The notes beneath the pieces are model-generated. The model saw nothing but the letters and a program-made list of their open reading frames with translations, was not told the DNA's origin and made no database searches. A DNA stretch of 64,000 nucleotides, taken from the NCBI GenBank assembly GCA_002633005.1, contig NMRA01000001.1, forward strand, positions 2,525,695-2,589,694, read 5' to 3'. The translations under genes and the position numbers were made by a program. Each line of letters starts with the position of its first letter. Within the stretch, counting starts at the first letter, position 1. Of the stretch, positions 39,646 through 52,163 are shown one piece after another. Source of the stretch: Phoronis australis (lineage: Eukaryota; Animalia; Phoronida).

Positions 39646-40684
39646 GCATAATAAGATTTAAAACATTACAATATGCCTAGATTTTAAAACGTTAGGTCTG
39701 TCCAAATATTACGTAAGAGGACATGGTCATGTAACTGGCCAATACTCTGCCCTGCCTCCCTAACTCAAAATCCTGGATCTGCCGCTGGTTGTCATATGTT
39801 ACCAAGGACTGCTGCTTCAAATAATTCGGAAGTTAGATTGAATTATAGAAAATCAACAAATGTAAATAAACATACTGGCCTTAACCCCGAAACACAGATT
39901 TTTTGTCGTAAAAGAGTAAAATCGGGGAGTTTATTTTAGCATTTAAATTTTGTGAACACATCTACCCCAGAAGCGATAATTGTTTTCACTTTTTATTTTC
40001 GTAGATATAAAATTCCTACTTTCCCTTCCATTTTCTCGTCTAACGATTGTCCTATTTGAAAATCGCCTTTAGGGTTGAATTTGACGATAAGCTGTCGTTG
40101 TAGTGTTGTTAATTTAGGTATTGAAGGAAAGTGGTTCTGTCTAGCTGAAGGCTATACATTAGTTGTCTATCGTTTTAAAATAATTAGCTGTTAAAAATGT
40201 GATCAGATTTTGTAGATTTTATGTAACTTAAGTGTCAACGTATTACAAGTAGTTTAGTGCACGCGTTTTAGTGACATCAAATTTGCATAAGTAGCTGTGT
40301 ATAGATCTTGAGTGTCAAGCGTGTGTGAAGCTATATATCGTGACAAATTGTCTCCTAGTTGTAAAATTTTAACTGTAATTTATGCGTTTATTTTAGAAGT
40401 CTTAATTGATTTCCGTTCCATGTTAGCATTTATGAAATTACCCAAAAACACATGATGCTAGTGATTCTATGCAACTTTGTCAAAATCAATAAAACCAGTT
40501 GAATGGAGTTGATGATCAAATGCGCGAAAACACGAAGCCAAGACAATCCGGATAAATTCCCCATTTGATTAACAGAGTAAGCCACCACATGAGAAAGGTT
40601 CTGCCTGTTAGTTGTGTCGCACGCAAATGTAAAGGGGGGTTTCCTTCATATTCGATTCTTAAAAAGCAAGTTATAGACTCTGTT

Positions 40685-40844
40685 CAGGGGCGGATCCAGG
40701 ATTTTGATTTAAGGGGACCAGGGCAGATTATTAGCCAAGATTTTGTCCGTCAGACACCCCCGAACAGCCAAATGGAATATGGTAAAATTTTAGGGAGTTC
40801 CATGGCCCCTTAACCCCCCCTCCCCCCCCCTAAATCCGCCACTG
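40685..40844. mobile_element. Short GC-rich MITE (CAGGGGCGGATCC...ATCCGCCACTG family)
   Basis: Terminal inverted caggggcggat / atccgccactg with poly-G/poly-C subterminal tracts. Related fragments at 741-891 and ~39765-39787. Confidence 0.65.
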
Positions 40845-43800
40845 CTGTTGTCCAATCTCACCAAATATGTTTCAGATCTTTCCATATTATGGTATTAATA
40901 AAATCTTGTGTACATGTTGCGAAATATTGGTAGCAAGATGATATTTCTTTCAGCGATTCTTTTATCCAACATGTACAAGATTCGAAACGACATTACAAAG
41001 ACAGACAGGCATAACGTTATCGTGTTGTTTGCATTAACAATTCAACGGTCATGCACTCATGATTTCTTTGTCGTCTTTTACTGCCCAACAGAATACAGAT
41101 GAGATTATTATTCCCAGTTACTATCTTAGTCTGCGGGTACATGCAGACATGTTAGTTGTCTGTGATACACGTCTCTGACCGCCAATTAATATTTTTCAGT
41201 ATTATACTGGTCATGGTAGTGTGTCTTATACTCAGAAACATACATTTGAATGAATTATTTTGTATAACTGGTATGCACTGATGTGAGCATTATGCTGAAA
41301 TCGAAGTGTAAAAACATTCATAATTTTCGTAGATAATTATTTTATATTTTTACACCAAGTTTTCGAATTCACATTTTATCCACTTCATTTTTATTTTCCG
41401 GGTCAGGTATGAAGGTTTGTCGTGGATCATGGCAATTCGTCCTGCATTGCGGGAACTTCCTGTTGACTCGCGTGGTGTTGGAATACAGCTTTTGCCAGTT
41501 ACGAACATGTTACCTTGGTGACAACTCGAGTCTTTGTTTGTCTTCAAACACATTTCCCTAATAACGCACAAAATTCAGGTGGCCTGTTGGATCAAATGAT
41601 GCAGACAATCTGTCACCGTCGAAGTGAGCAGACCCCAGTTTCGCCCATTTTTTTCAAGAAGATCTTGTTTGTAATTGAATCTGCGCTCATCTGGGTGGTT
41701 GGAAATCATGTGGTAATGAGTCCACTCATTTATAGAGAAATGTCAGAGTTAATCAATTAATCAAGCGACTTCTAGTGAAATTATTGAAATATGTGATGCT
41801 TACTTTTCGAAATATATATTTTGATAGATTAAAACTCAAAGTGAGTTACATCGCATAACCTTGATTGCAAAACATGCAGTCGAAAGTTAACCGAGTTTTT
41901 TTTGTACGTGTTCGTGAACATTTAGTGTTGAAAAACTCACATTAGTTTCTACATATAGGTCTGAAATTACTTACGAATTCATGTCATAGACATTGTGGCA
42001 GCAAACGCTGTGATACTGCTAAAGGCTGTGCTCGAATTAAAAGCTCAAATTTGAAAACTTTCAATTTTCTGTGGTTTGCAAAAGGTATGAAATGTAACGC
42101 AAAATTTGTTTTGCTACTTTGCAAAATCTAAGAAAGAATAATCTCGCATACCTTTTTCGTAATCATTTTAATTATTAGCAAAATGAGTCTATAAGTTAAT
42201 CAGTATAACAATGGCGACTAAGATTAATTACTATGTTTTACCTATTATCGAAGATATTAATTTCACTTTTCAATTAAGTAAAAAACACATAAAAAACTAA
42301 AAGCGTTTACATTTCACTGTTCATTTGTAAAAAGGCTCGTCAAAATAGTTTAGCTAATACTTTCTCGTCATGTCAGTCGACTGTCGGTGTGACTGATTTT
42401 CACCTATTTTGTCTTAATTGTCAGAAGCATTACAGTTAATTAATGTTACATTACCGCGAGAGCCGTTAACGAAGGCGAGTCATTGGAAACGATTAAATAT
42501 CCCTTCATTACGGGCGATTAACACCGATAGACGGCTGTATAGTTTTATGCTTGACTGGGCGTATCATCGTTAGGAAAACAAACAATCGAAATCAACATTG
42601 TTGTAACATACAATGATAATACTATTAAAAAGTCTTTATTGTCATTTTCAGTGAAAAGTAAACACATAGTGGTTTGACTTTATATTAATAATTAATATGA
42701 TAATGAGTGTTATCAATTACCCTCTAAATTTTCTTTTCTTAGTTTAAAAATAATATTGAACGGCAAAGCGATACCAATGGTTTCATCAAAATATAATTAC
42801 AAAGTAGGACACAAAAAATAAACGCGCCTTGTATTAGTTTATGATAAGTAACAAAAGTGATAGCCTTAAGTAAGAAATTGCCCGTACGTATTACAGCGTT
42901 CGGTGTCGAGAGGCGCTTCAAGGTTCGTTTCCAGGTGCTACGACATGAGAAACTTTCCTTCTAATCATAGTCCAATTACCAGCAATTTGAGTGTTTAAAA
43001 ACAGGTGGGGAACGCTGGCTGCAAACAATTTAGGGGTAATTTAAGCCGGCTCATGTCCAAAATGTCAACTTGTTCATCTATACATCAAAACAATCTCCAA
43101 TAGTTTGAAATTGTCAATTGTACCGTCAGACTCAGCTGGGCCGGCTGTGGAGTACCTTGCGGGTACATTTTTCAATCGCTACACGGGGTCGAGCCCGTTG
43201 ACAGTATCGCCTTGTCTAAAATTCAGCCAATTATACAATCCTGGTGAAAATATGTGTTTTTCTGGTGAGACGTCTCCACGGGGCTGGTCCTACAGTTGTA
43301 TTCCCTTTTGCGTACAGTGGCAATTACGAAATACCGTCGTTAGTAGTAAATCCAATTGTCGAAGGACAGAGTCTATTGGGGTCTATTATCGCAACGGGAT
43401 TTGGGGAAGCTTGGTAAGGTAGTCATATTGAGGAGAGGTAATTTGTCCTTTCAGATATCTATATGATGTCGAGTGTAATCGAGTACAAAAGTTTAAAGGA
43501 AGGAAGTCTTCACAATGTGCATAGCCAACATTGATAATTACCCGTAGAGATCCTCTAAAGTCTGCCTGCGGCTGTATTGTCGCTGTTCAGTCAGGTGCAA
43601 AATGGTGTGTTCGTGATCTTGATATTACTTATGGAACAGTCGTGAAAAATCTTCGGAGATTATGAACTATATATTCCCGCCCTATGAATCTCCTTCCTAC
43701 ATCTGTAAATAACGCTGTTCAAGAAATTTAAAAATAGTTTCATTTGTTGTCATGACACAGCGTACCGAAAGGCATTTTTTATTGAAAGTTAACATCATTA

Positions 43801-46800
43801 ACCAGACTACACAAGTGTGCTAATAATGCCATTAACCAGGTATTGAAATGGTAGGGGGGGAATCTGAAATTCTTAGTCGAGCCTCTGTCTCGGCACTGCG
43901 GGACATTTTGCCCCCGCCCAATGGGCGTCAATTTTCCGCCCTCTAACATAACACCGCCACCAATATGCCTCCACTCATCTTTAATCACTACCCTTTTTCC
44001 AACCAAACACAATAGAAGGCGGACCTGATACTTGCCCGTGGAAAGTATTATGCTCCTAAAAGCGGATCTCAACTCCTGGAGAGGCCGCGGTGCGTTCGCA
44101 CCTGTGGTACTCCCCCCGGCTCTGGGACGGCTTATTTAACTAGTTTTGAGAGAATATGTTCCGTTTTGGACGGACGCGTAAGTTGATACAGCTATACATC
44201 AGCAAACTTAACTCCGGAAATTCTGAACAAATTCAAAGCAAGGCAACAATGATACGTTTAGCGAGATGATAGGTCTACTCAACAAAGATCGTCTCACTTT
44301 AAAAGTGAACAAACGAGATTGTCCGTGGTCCTATGGTAAACTTGTTAAAATCTCATCTAACCATATTAACGACATTATTAAAGCGTTTAGTTCCCTGCAC
44401 TGCCTTTGTCGGCATAGCCGCCTGTACCATCGCCCCACGGGAAACCAGCGTCGGGTAGATTAATTGCAAAATTAATAAAATAAGGGTTATTAAGATGCGC
44501 CACGGCTGGCATTAATTTGGCGGAGGAGACGCCGGCCCCGCAACGGTTGTTACTTTGCACTCTGTAGTTGTTCCTATGCTCAGACGCCGTTTTGACTGAG
44601 AATTCAGTAAATCAAGTATGCAAACTGGAACGGTTCCAGTCGTTTCAGAGGCAAAATTTAAATATTTCGTTGCGCATGGATACCTCAAATTTGAGATTGA
44701 GAAATCAGTTGCAGAACAGCAATTTTCATTTAGCGAAAAACGCATTCTTTTAATTTCCATAATAATACTGTACCCATCAACCAAGAATCCATTTCAATGA
44801 ATTAATGACCCTAATAAACCAAAAATTACTTTAGTGTCGATTTTAGGTACTACAAATGAACCGTCGGTTTGAATGTTCTCTTCACGACAGTGTGAGAAAG
44901 AACTGTTTGTGCCGTATGTTTTTATTTTAGTACCTTCTTCATCTGCCAAAATATGAATTTTCCGATTTTTATGTTCTTTTCATCGTAGACCTAGGTACCA
45001 TTAAAGCTGTAATTATTTATTGTTTTCGAACCTCAAAGTGCGCGCAGTCTCAATTAACGAAGTGATGGAAACTGTTCTTAGAGGGCGATTCCAGTGGGAG
45101 TAAGAAAGATATTGCCACGCAGAGACTGACGTAAAAATACTGCGACTAATCTGAGGTGGGAAATAAAATGTCAAAGTATTGCCATCGCTGTTCATTTGTG
45201 ACTGCCTGTAAAATTTCGTAGTCAAAATTCCTCAAGATCTATTGTTGAAAATCTCTCCAAAGTGACATCTTTTCGACATTTCTATTCAGTATTGTGTTAC
45301 TTCAAATATTTATTTAACTTTCTTCTACTCGTCTATCTTGTCCCGTGGCGCGAATAGCGTGTTGACAAATTCCTATTGAAAAAGAAGAGCTCTTCATAAC
45401 ACTTGTTTGTCATGTAGTAAAGCTATTAAGCGATTAGCCTTTCCCTTGCCTCGGGGTAACCCCATGCCCCTATAAATGGACTGTTCCTAATCACATGCTT
45501 AGTTTGCATTCTTATGACCTTCTTGCCCCAGGGCACAGCTATTTCCTAAAACGGGGAGGACAAGTGGTCATTATAGAGAAATAGGTAAATTAATGACTAC
45601 CTATTTATAATATTTTATTGAAATTATTCTCAAAATTCATTCACGTCTTACAACCTTGCACCTGCCTAATTAAGCTAATTAACATGGTTAGTTTCAGGAG
45701 AGTAGTCGAAATAACATGGTCAATGCGGCCTCTGTCCTGTAATCTAAAGCCAGTTGAAAACTAAAAAAATTCTTTAAGTGGAGTATCAGATGATTTCGAA
45801 AGAAAATTTCTTTTAACTTAATCCTCTATAGTATTTTATCTTCGATTTAATGTCCATTGTTCGTGTTCGATAAACATTTTACACTATGAAGTCGTCAAGT
45901 GCACCGACACAAACTGCTCGGTGTAAGTATCTCACCGAGACTATTGAACGAGTCCGTGTATGCAATAACGGGATCATGGAGGCATGGAAAACTTTCAGTA
46001 CATGCCAGATATTTTTGATCGCCATCAAATGAAAACAAAATGACTCCCTGTTCACTCCCTACTGATATCATTACGTAATGTTTTCAAAGATTGGATTTTT
46101 ATGTCAAGGTGAATGAGTTTTTGCAGATTTTATGAATTTTTTAAGCATTTACTCTTTTTCAAACGTTCCTGCATTTTAAAGCAACGACGGCGTTTTGTCA
46201 GGCCGGGAATTCTGATACGCTAAAACAGAGATTTTTCCTTTTAACGATGGATTCCTAGTCTTTTCACATGAAAGTTGTCCTCAAATGTGTTTTATATATA
46301 AAGACTGTGCGATCAGCATTTCAGGAAATGAATTTGGGTCAATAACTGCTTTGAATGAACATGTTCATCAATTGGATGAACATGTTGATCGGTAGCATTT
46401 TTGAAAGTTTGAAGCCACACCCGGCAATGGCACCAAAAGATTATAACAAAAAGCAAACTTTAAATTAGAATTAAAAATCAAGTTTGCCACAAAAGAAATA
46501 ATGAATTCCATCTTAATGTAAAATTTATTAGGAACGCTGGCTCACCGAAAAAAATAAATTCAGTGGTCATCACGGGTGACTTTGATTTGCTTCAAGGATG
46601 GCGCTATGTGCATCTTCACATAGCAGTCATGGCTTTACTCTGACGATTGTTTTCTCTTTTATTTGGTAGTTGGTTTTTTGTCGAACCAGTACGAACGTTT
46701 TAATTTGACATTTCCACTCAGAAAAAAGTGCACCTGTTACAGGTAATTGCGAGGTTTAGCGTATCACATACTAGTCAAATGGTAAATTCGAAAATGCTCT

Positions 46801-49800
46801 TTTGTTTTAGGGTGATTTTTCTGCTCTCGAGAATACACGATTTAAAAATAGTTTATACCGTATAAGAGATCGATGCAGAAGTTAGTAATATCTGATGAAT
46901 AACGAAACATTCTGTTAACTAAACTATTGTATAGATGTTCTTTGTGTCTACCATACGTCAGCTCGTTTTATCCTTAGCGGCCACAAATTCAAGTGCATCA
47001 CGACTTTTCAGTAAAGACTATTTCATATACAACCATCATCACCTAGGCTGCGCTCTGTAGATCTATACGTTTGCAAAAACAAAAAAGATAAGGCGAGTCT
47101 TCGCAAGATGTCACCATGCAATACAAGCGAAGCAGTTGATCACATTTATATTAGCTTTTCTTTCTCCTACGCAACGCAGTCCTGGGTAGAAGTTTCGTAA
47201 ATTAAGAATCTCACTAAGGACGGCAATGTGATCACTTGTTTCGTTTGTAATACTAGCCGATATCTTGCGAAGTCTTGTGTAATCTTGCGTTTTCGTGATG
47301 ATTCTGGGCTTTACGAAACGCACGCAGTAAAATCCGGAAAAGCTCGGGCATTTTCGTAACCACATATTTTCCCTCAGAGTATTCGGCAACATTGGGAATT
47401 TCTTGTCTATCTGTGATACATATTGCGCATTTTAATATTTTCCTGGCATCTCAGTTGGTTGACCTGTTGACTAACTGAGCGACTTGACCTAGCATGCAGA
47501 ACTTATTTTCAGAACGACTGAACACTTCACTACCGTAAAGGAAATTAACAAGTAAGCACTTCACAACATGTTTTTAATTACAATAAATACCAACATCCTT
47601 TTGTTTGCCGTTGTGTGTGATTGTAATTGAGTAGACAATCTCCGATTGATTATCATAAATTTACCTAAGCTAATTAATTTGTACAACGCACCTGAAAACA
47701 TGCACGACTCGTTTGTACTCTCTCACTTTTGATCGCAAAGACGCAAACTAAATGAACTCAGACCACCAGTAGACCATAAAAGTAATATTCTAATTTTTCG
47801 AAATCTTCAAAGTATAAAATTACCATTTCATCATTTTCTTGTAAACGGAATAACAGAATAGCGTCACTTAAGAAAATTAACGACGCGCCATTAAAGCGTT
47901 AACGAGCTCAATTATAACGCGTTTAGAAGCTCTATCTTTAATCTTCGCAAATTATCCACCTTTTGTCTATATTAGTATTCATAAAACATGCAAATATCTT
48001 GCCAGTACTTAGTGAATATTTTCATGTTACATCTTAATGTCATGTTACATTCGACGAATATTTCCGGCACTTTTTATAAGACAAAGACACTATATATAAC
48101 ACTAATTTTTATGTACTGCAAATTCGTCCATGGTGGACATATATTGTAAGATGTCAGCATCAAGACCATAAATCAAATATTTCGACACATTCAAAAACTC
48201 TTTGTTGGGCTTTTCCAAACGGAACGGTATCCATGCCATAAAACCGCACGAGTGAATCAATACTTTTTTCCATTTGCTTTGAGATGAGGGCACGTCTCTA
48301 AAATCTTTTATTCAACATTTTTCATTATCGGTGCGAGCTAATTTTTGTTGCAACAAAAAGTATTTATAACTAAAAAATCTATAGTCAGCAAAAGACTTGT
48401 TTGCAAGGCGTGATTGACAAATTTTAAGGCTGGTCGCGCGCCGTGAAATAAACTTAAGAGTCGTTTTATTCATAAGTCTCCAAAACGTGGACATGGGTCG
48501 GTTCCGTGCGGTTTTCATAAATTACAAATTACACTACTAGCAAGGAATGGTCGTAATAAAATCTTATCTTTTATTAAATTAATTACAAATCGATTTTTGT
48601 CCAAAGTCGTCACGGTCACCACCCCCTACAGTCCCGGTCAGTTGCTAACGATCCCGTTCCCTATCGATACCAATTTCGATGGCGTTTCAGAATGGGTCGA
48701 CTGGCGAGTAGGAAGGCAAGGCTCCCTTATGCACCCATCCCCCTTGGCTAAGCCTTGTTCACAGCATGGTGAAACGGGGGATACTGCGACAAGAAATGTG
48801 GAGAAGAGAGGGCGTGTACTTATTACGTAAGCCAACACGGACATTAGTTTGTTACACGGAGGGATACGAGAATAGGCCGAGTATACCCCCGACACAGCGA
48901 CGCGGGAAATATCAGTCCTGGAGACCATAAGGTAAGAAACTTTGGCGGGACGGGAGGGCAGCAGATGGTACGACTGTAGACAAATATGTACTGAAGCAGA
49001 CATGTGAACGCGTTTTACACTCCACAAGGATAAGACCACAGGCACCCACTAATACAAAAACAAATTCAACATATAACTATATCATAACAATTTATTTAAA
49101 TTCTCATTTCAATGTTCAAACAGGATAGCAGCCTTCCCATGATTTGAGAATGCCAGAAATTTCGCAGGAATTTTAAAGGAATAATTTCCACCGATCTGTT
49201 GTGTCCCGCGCAATTGAGAATCCCCGCAAGTTCTGTAGACCATACCCACATACCTTGAAAAAACATTTGTGAGAGTGATAACACCAGTTATAGTTAACTG
49301 GAAAAATAAAGGTCAGACCAACAACTACTGCTTAAGAGCAGTCTGGCTTGGAATTTTAGGTCACCTCAAAGTGAATAAATTTTCCTGGGGATAAATCCTG
49401 CGAAATTTGGTGGAACTCAGAATCCCAGCAATCCTGTGTCCCAATGCAAAAAAAAATCCCAGCAAAATTTTGCCAGAAATTAAACAGGCAACGTTCACAT
49501 GGGGATGGCACCAGTGTCAGCCTGGAAGCAATTAAGTTAGAGTCTACAACAAATACATCAAATAAATATCAAAAACCAACGCTTCCTCCCAACAAATAAC
49601 ATATTGCACTTGCTCAACCATTGAGCGGTTCCTTCAACAGAAATTGCAGCAATCCAACCTACAGCTCAATGTCATCCTTTCAACAAGAGATAAAGAAAAA
49701 GCCTACGAACATAAAACGTTACCTCAGTGACATTCCATACTTCAAAGTTTGATTTCATCAAGTATCTATATTCATTACTTTATGTCCTGTAATTCTAGCC

Positions 49801-51385
49801 CTTTAGTGGTGTGGATGGTAGTCCCAACATCATGGAACGACGCCCAGGTACCGAATTGGTGATGGTTTGTGCAGAAATAATCTCAGGTTTAAGCATGTGC
49901 AAAACTCACACACATCAGGCAAGAGCATTGGGGCCCACTGGGGCAAAACAGACCATGACAAGGAGCAAAAACTTCTACTGTCTAAAAACACATAGCACAA
50001 ATTAATTAGAAGACCTAACCAAAACTAGAATCAATTGATCAATTTAGATCATATCCAGATGAAGGAACATGACTAGGAGTCCAACATTTGGAAAATATAG
50101 GGGGATGCAGAGGTCGAATTTGGTTGAAGAATCATACATCCAAGGCCTCACAGAACTGAAATAGTTTGACTTAAGCATCCATAGAAAACAACTACTTTAT
50201 TGACCTTAAAAAAAAGCTTAAACAAAAAATACCAAGAACTTCAAAAATTTGGTGCACCTGAGGAAGACACGTGTACTGGGAGCTTTGTACACCTCAAAAT
50301 AAATTTGTCCCAAGAACACATACAAAGTTAACTTCTCCGACAAAACTGAAGCCTCCTGATTGTATCCGATCCTGCTAGTAATACATGAATAGAGTTTTTA
50401 AAAATCCAAGCAAACAGCATATCCTGGGAAATTTCAAATGCACCACTTAAAAGTGCACATCTTAACTACTTCGGTTTCATTTCTTAGTAAAAAATAACGA
50501 GTGACAGTTTCTATTGTAATGACCTTAAAACAAACTTAAAATAGTTTGAAATGATAATGAGCCGATCTTAACTCTGTTGCCCTTCAGTGCACACCATTTA
50601 GGCTCCCAGTCAGTTTCAGTGGTTATTAACTTCAAAAATTGTGTCAGCACAAATGGACACTCATCCTAAGACGAAATACCACGTTTTCTTGTAAAACATG
50701 ATGAACCCACACAGTATGATGGCAACCAAACACAATGAGATGTTATAATTCATGACAAATTACCATTTTGGGATGCAAACAGAATATTTTACTATTTATT
50801 GAACTAGGCCTAAATAGCAGTGCACAAAAACTATAATGCTGGTGACAAGCTGAATGTCTTCACACTGAAGTTATAACATTCTCAACATTATTTATGGTCA
50901 CACTGTAAATTTCTTATTCTTCACTGAGAATGCTGACTGGGTGAGACACCTATTGGCAGGCACTGTGAGCAGAAATGATTGCATCAAACACACATGGCAA
51001 GAACACCAGTTGTCTCAACTTTACTTTTGTATGCCAACAGCAACCAATGGATCAATTATTAAACTAAGTGTTGAATTATTCAAATTAGTGTGGATCTACA
51101 TAGGAATATCCTGAAGATAAATGGTAACATAAAAATTTACACCTCTGAACAGCCATGCTGCTGGTACTTCAAAAGTTTCATATAAAACTGGATAACTACC
51201 CAGGCAAACAGCGCCACCTGTCACAAGGACACAGGCAGACAAACAGACAGACAGACAAAATGACAGAGGCAATATTCCTTAATGTCTAGCAGCATAAATT
51301 AAGATTAAGAGCCATGGCTCTACAAAATATCGCAGGAAATAATGGCACACAGAGGAGTAACTTAGCAGTGTTGACAAGGACCTGG

Positions 51386-51595
51386 GATACAATGACCTCA
51401 GATACAATGACCTCAGATACAATGACCTCAGATACAATGACCTCAGACACAATGACCTCAGATACAAAGACCTCAGATACAAAGACCTCAGATACAATGA
51501 CCTCAGATACAATGACCTCAGATACGATGACCTCATATACGATGACCTCAGATACAACGACCTCTGATACAGTGACCTCAGATACAGTGACCTAC
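51386..51595. repeat. 15-bp minisatellite (gatacaatgacctca), ~14 units
   Basis: Direct reading. Confidence 0.95.
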
Positions 51596-52163
51596 AGTTT
51601 CTGGGCTTCCATTTATAGTTCAATATGTCCTTGTATTATGTAATACATGTTATCCCATTAAAATGAGGACAATGTGCCTTGTACCTCAGAAATAACAGTT
51701 TCCTGGTTTCTACACAGACACTCTCCTGGGATATATGGGCAGAAGCAATTAACCTGCCTTCAGCTGTCAAAGAAAGTAACATTCGATTTAGGCCACTTAC
51801 CACAACTTGTTCCTTTTTCAGACGAGCACTGACTTCTAAGTTAAGGAAAGCAGTTTGGTTTGAGATCATTCTCATCACATAAAATGACCTGCCGTGACAA
51901 CAACCTAACTTGACGAGCCTGATCTTAAATAATAACACAACCCTCAGTGCTTCCCAAGTCAAGAAATCAATCTCCTCAAATCCGAGTAAGAAACAAGCTA
52001 GGACCAGCTTAGTAATGATAAGTGCCCTTTATCAAAATTCGCATGCATAGCTACATTTAATGAACAAGCAGCAATCAAGACACATGACAGCATCTTAATA
52101 TGACAGTCTGGTGACCCAAGACTCTCTATATCAACCAGAATAAGTAGAAAGCAGATTTCAAAT

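Noticed and set aside
43105-43422. 105-aa ORF in the Msxlx upstream region
   Set aside because: Non-ATG start, no recognisable domain and no supporting exon chain.
51279-51643. Repetitive (TMTSD)n / (RSLYL)n ORFs
   Set aside because: Translation of the 15-bp minisatellite downstream of the LRR stop codon.
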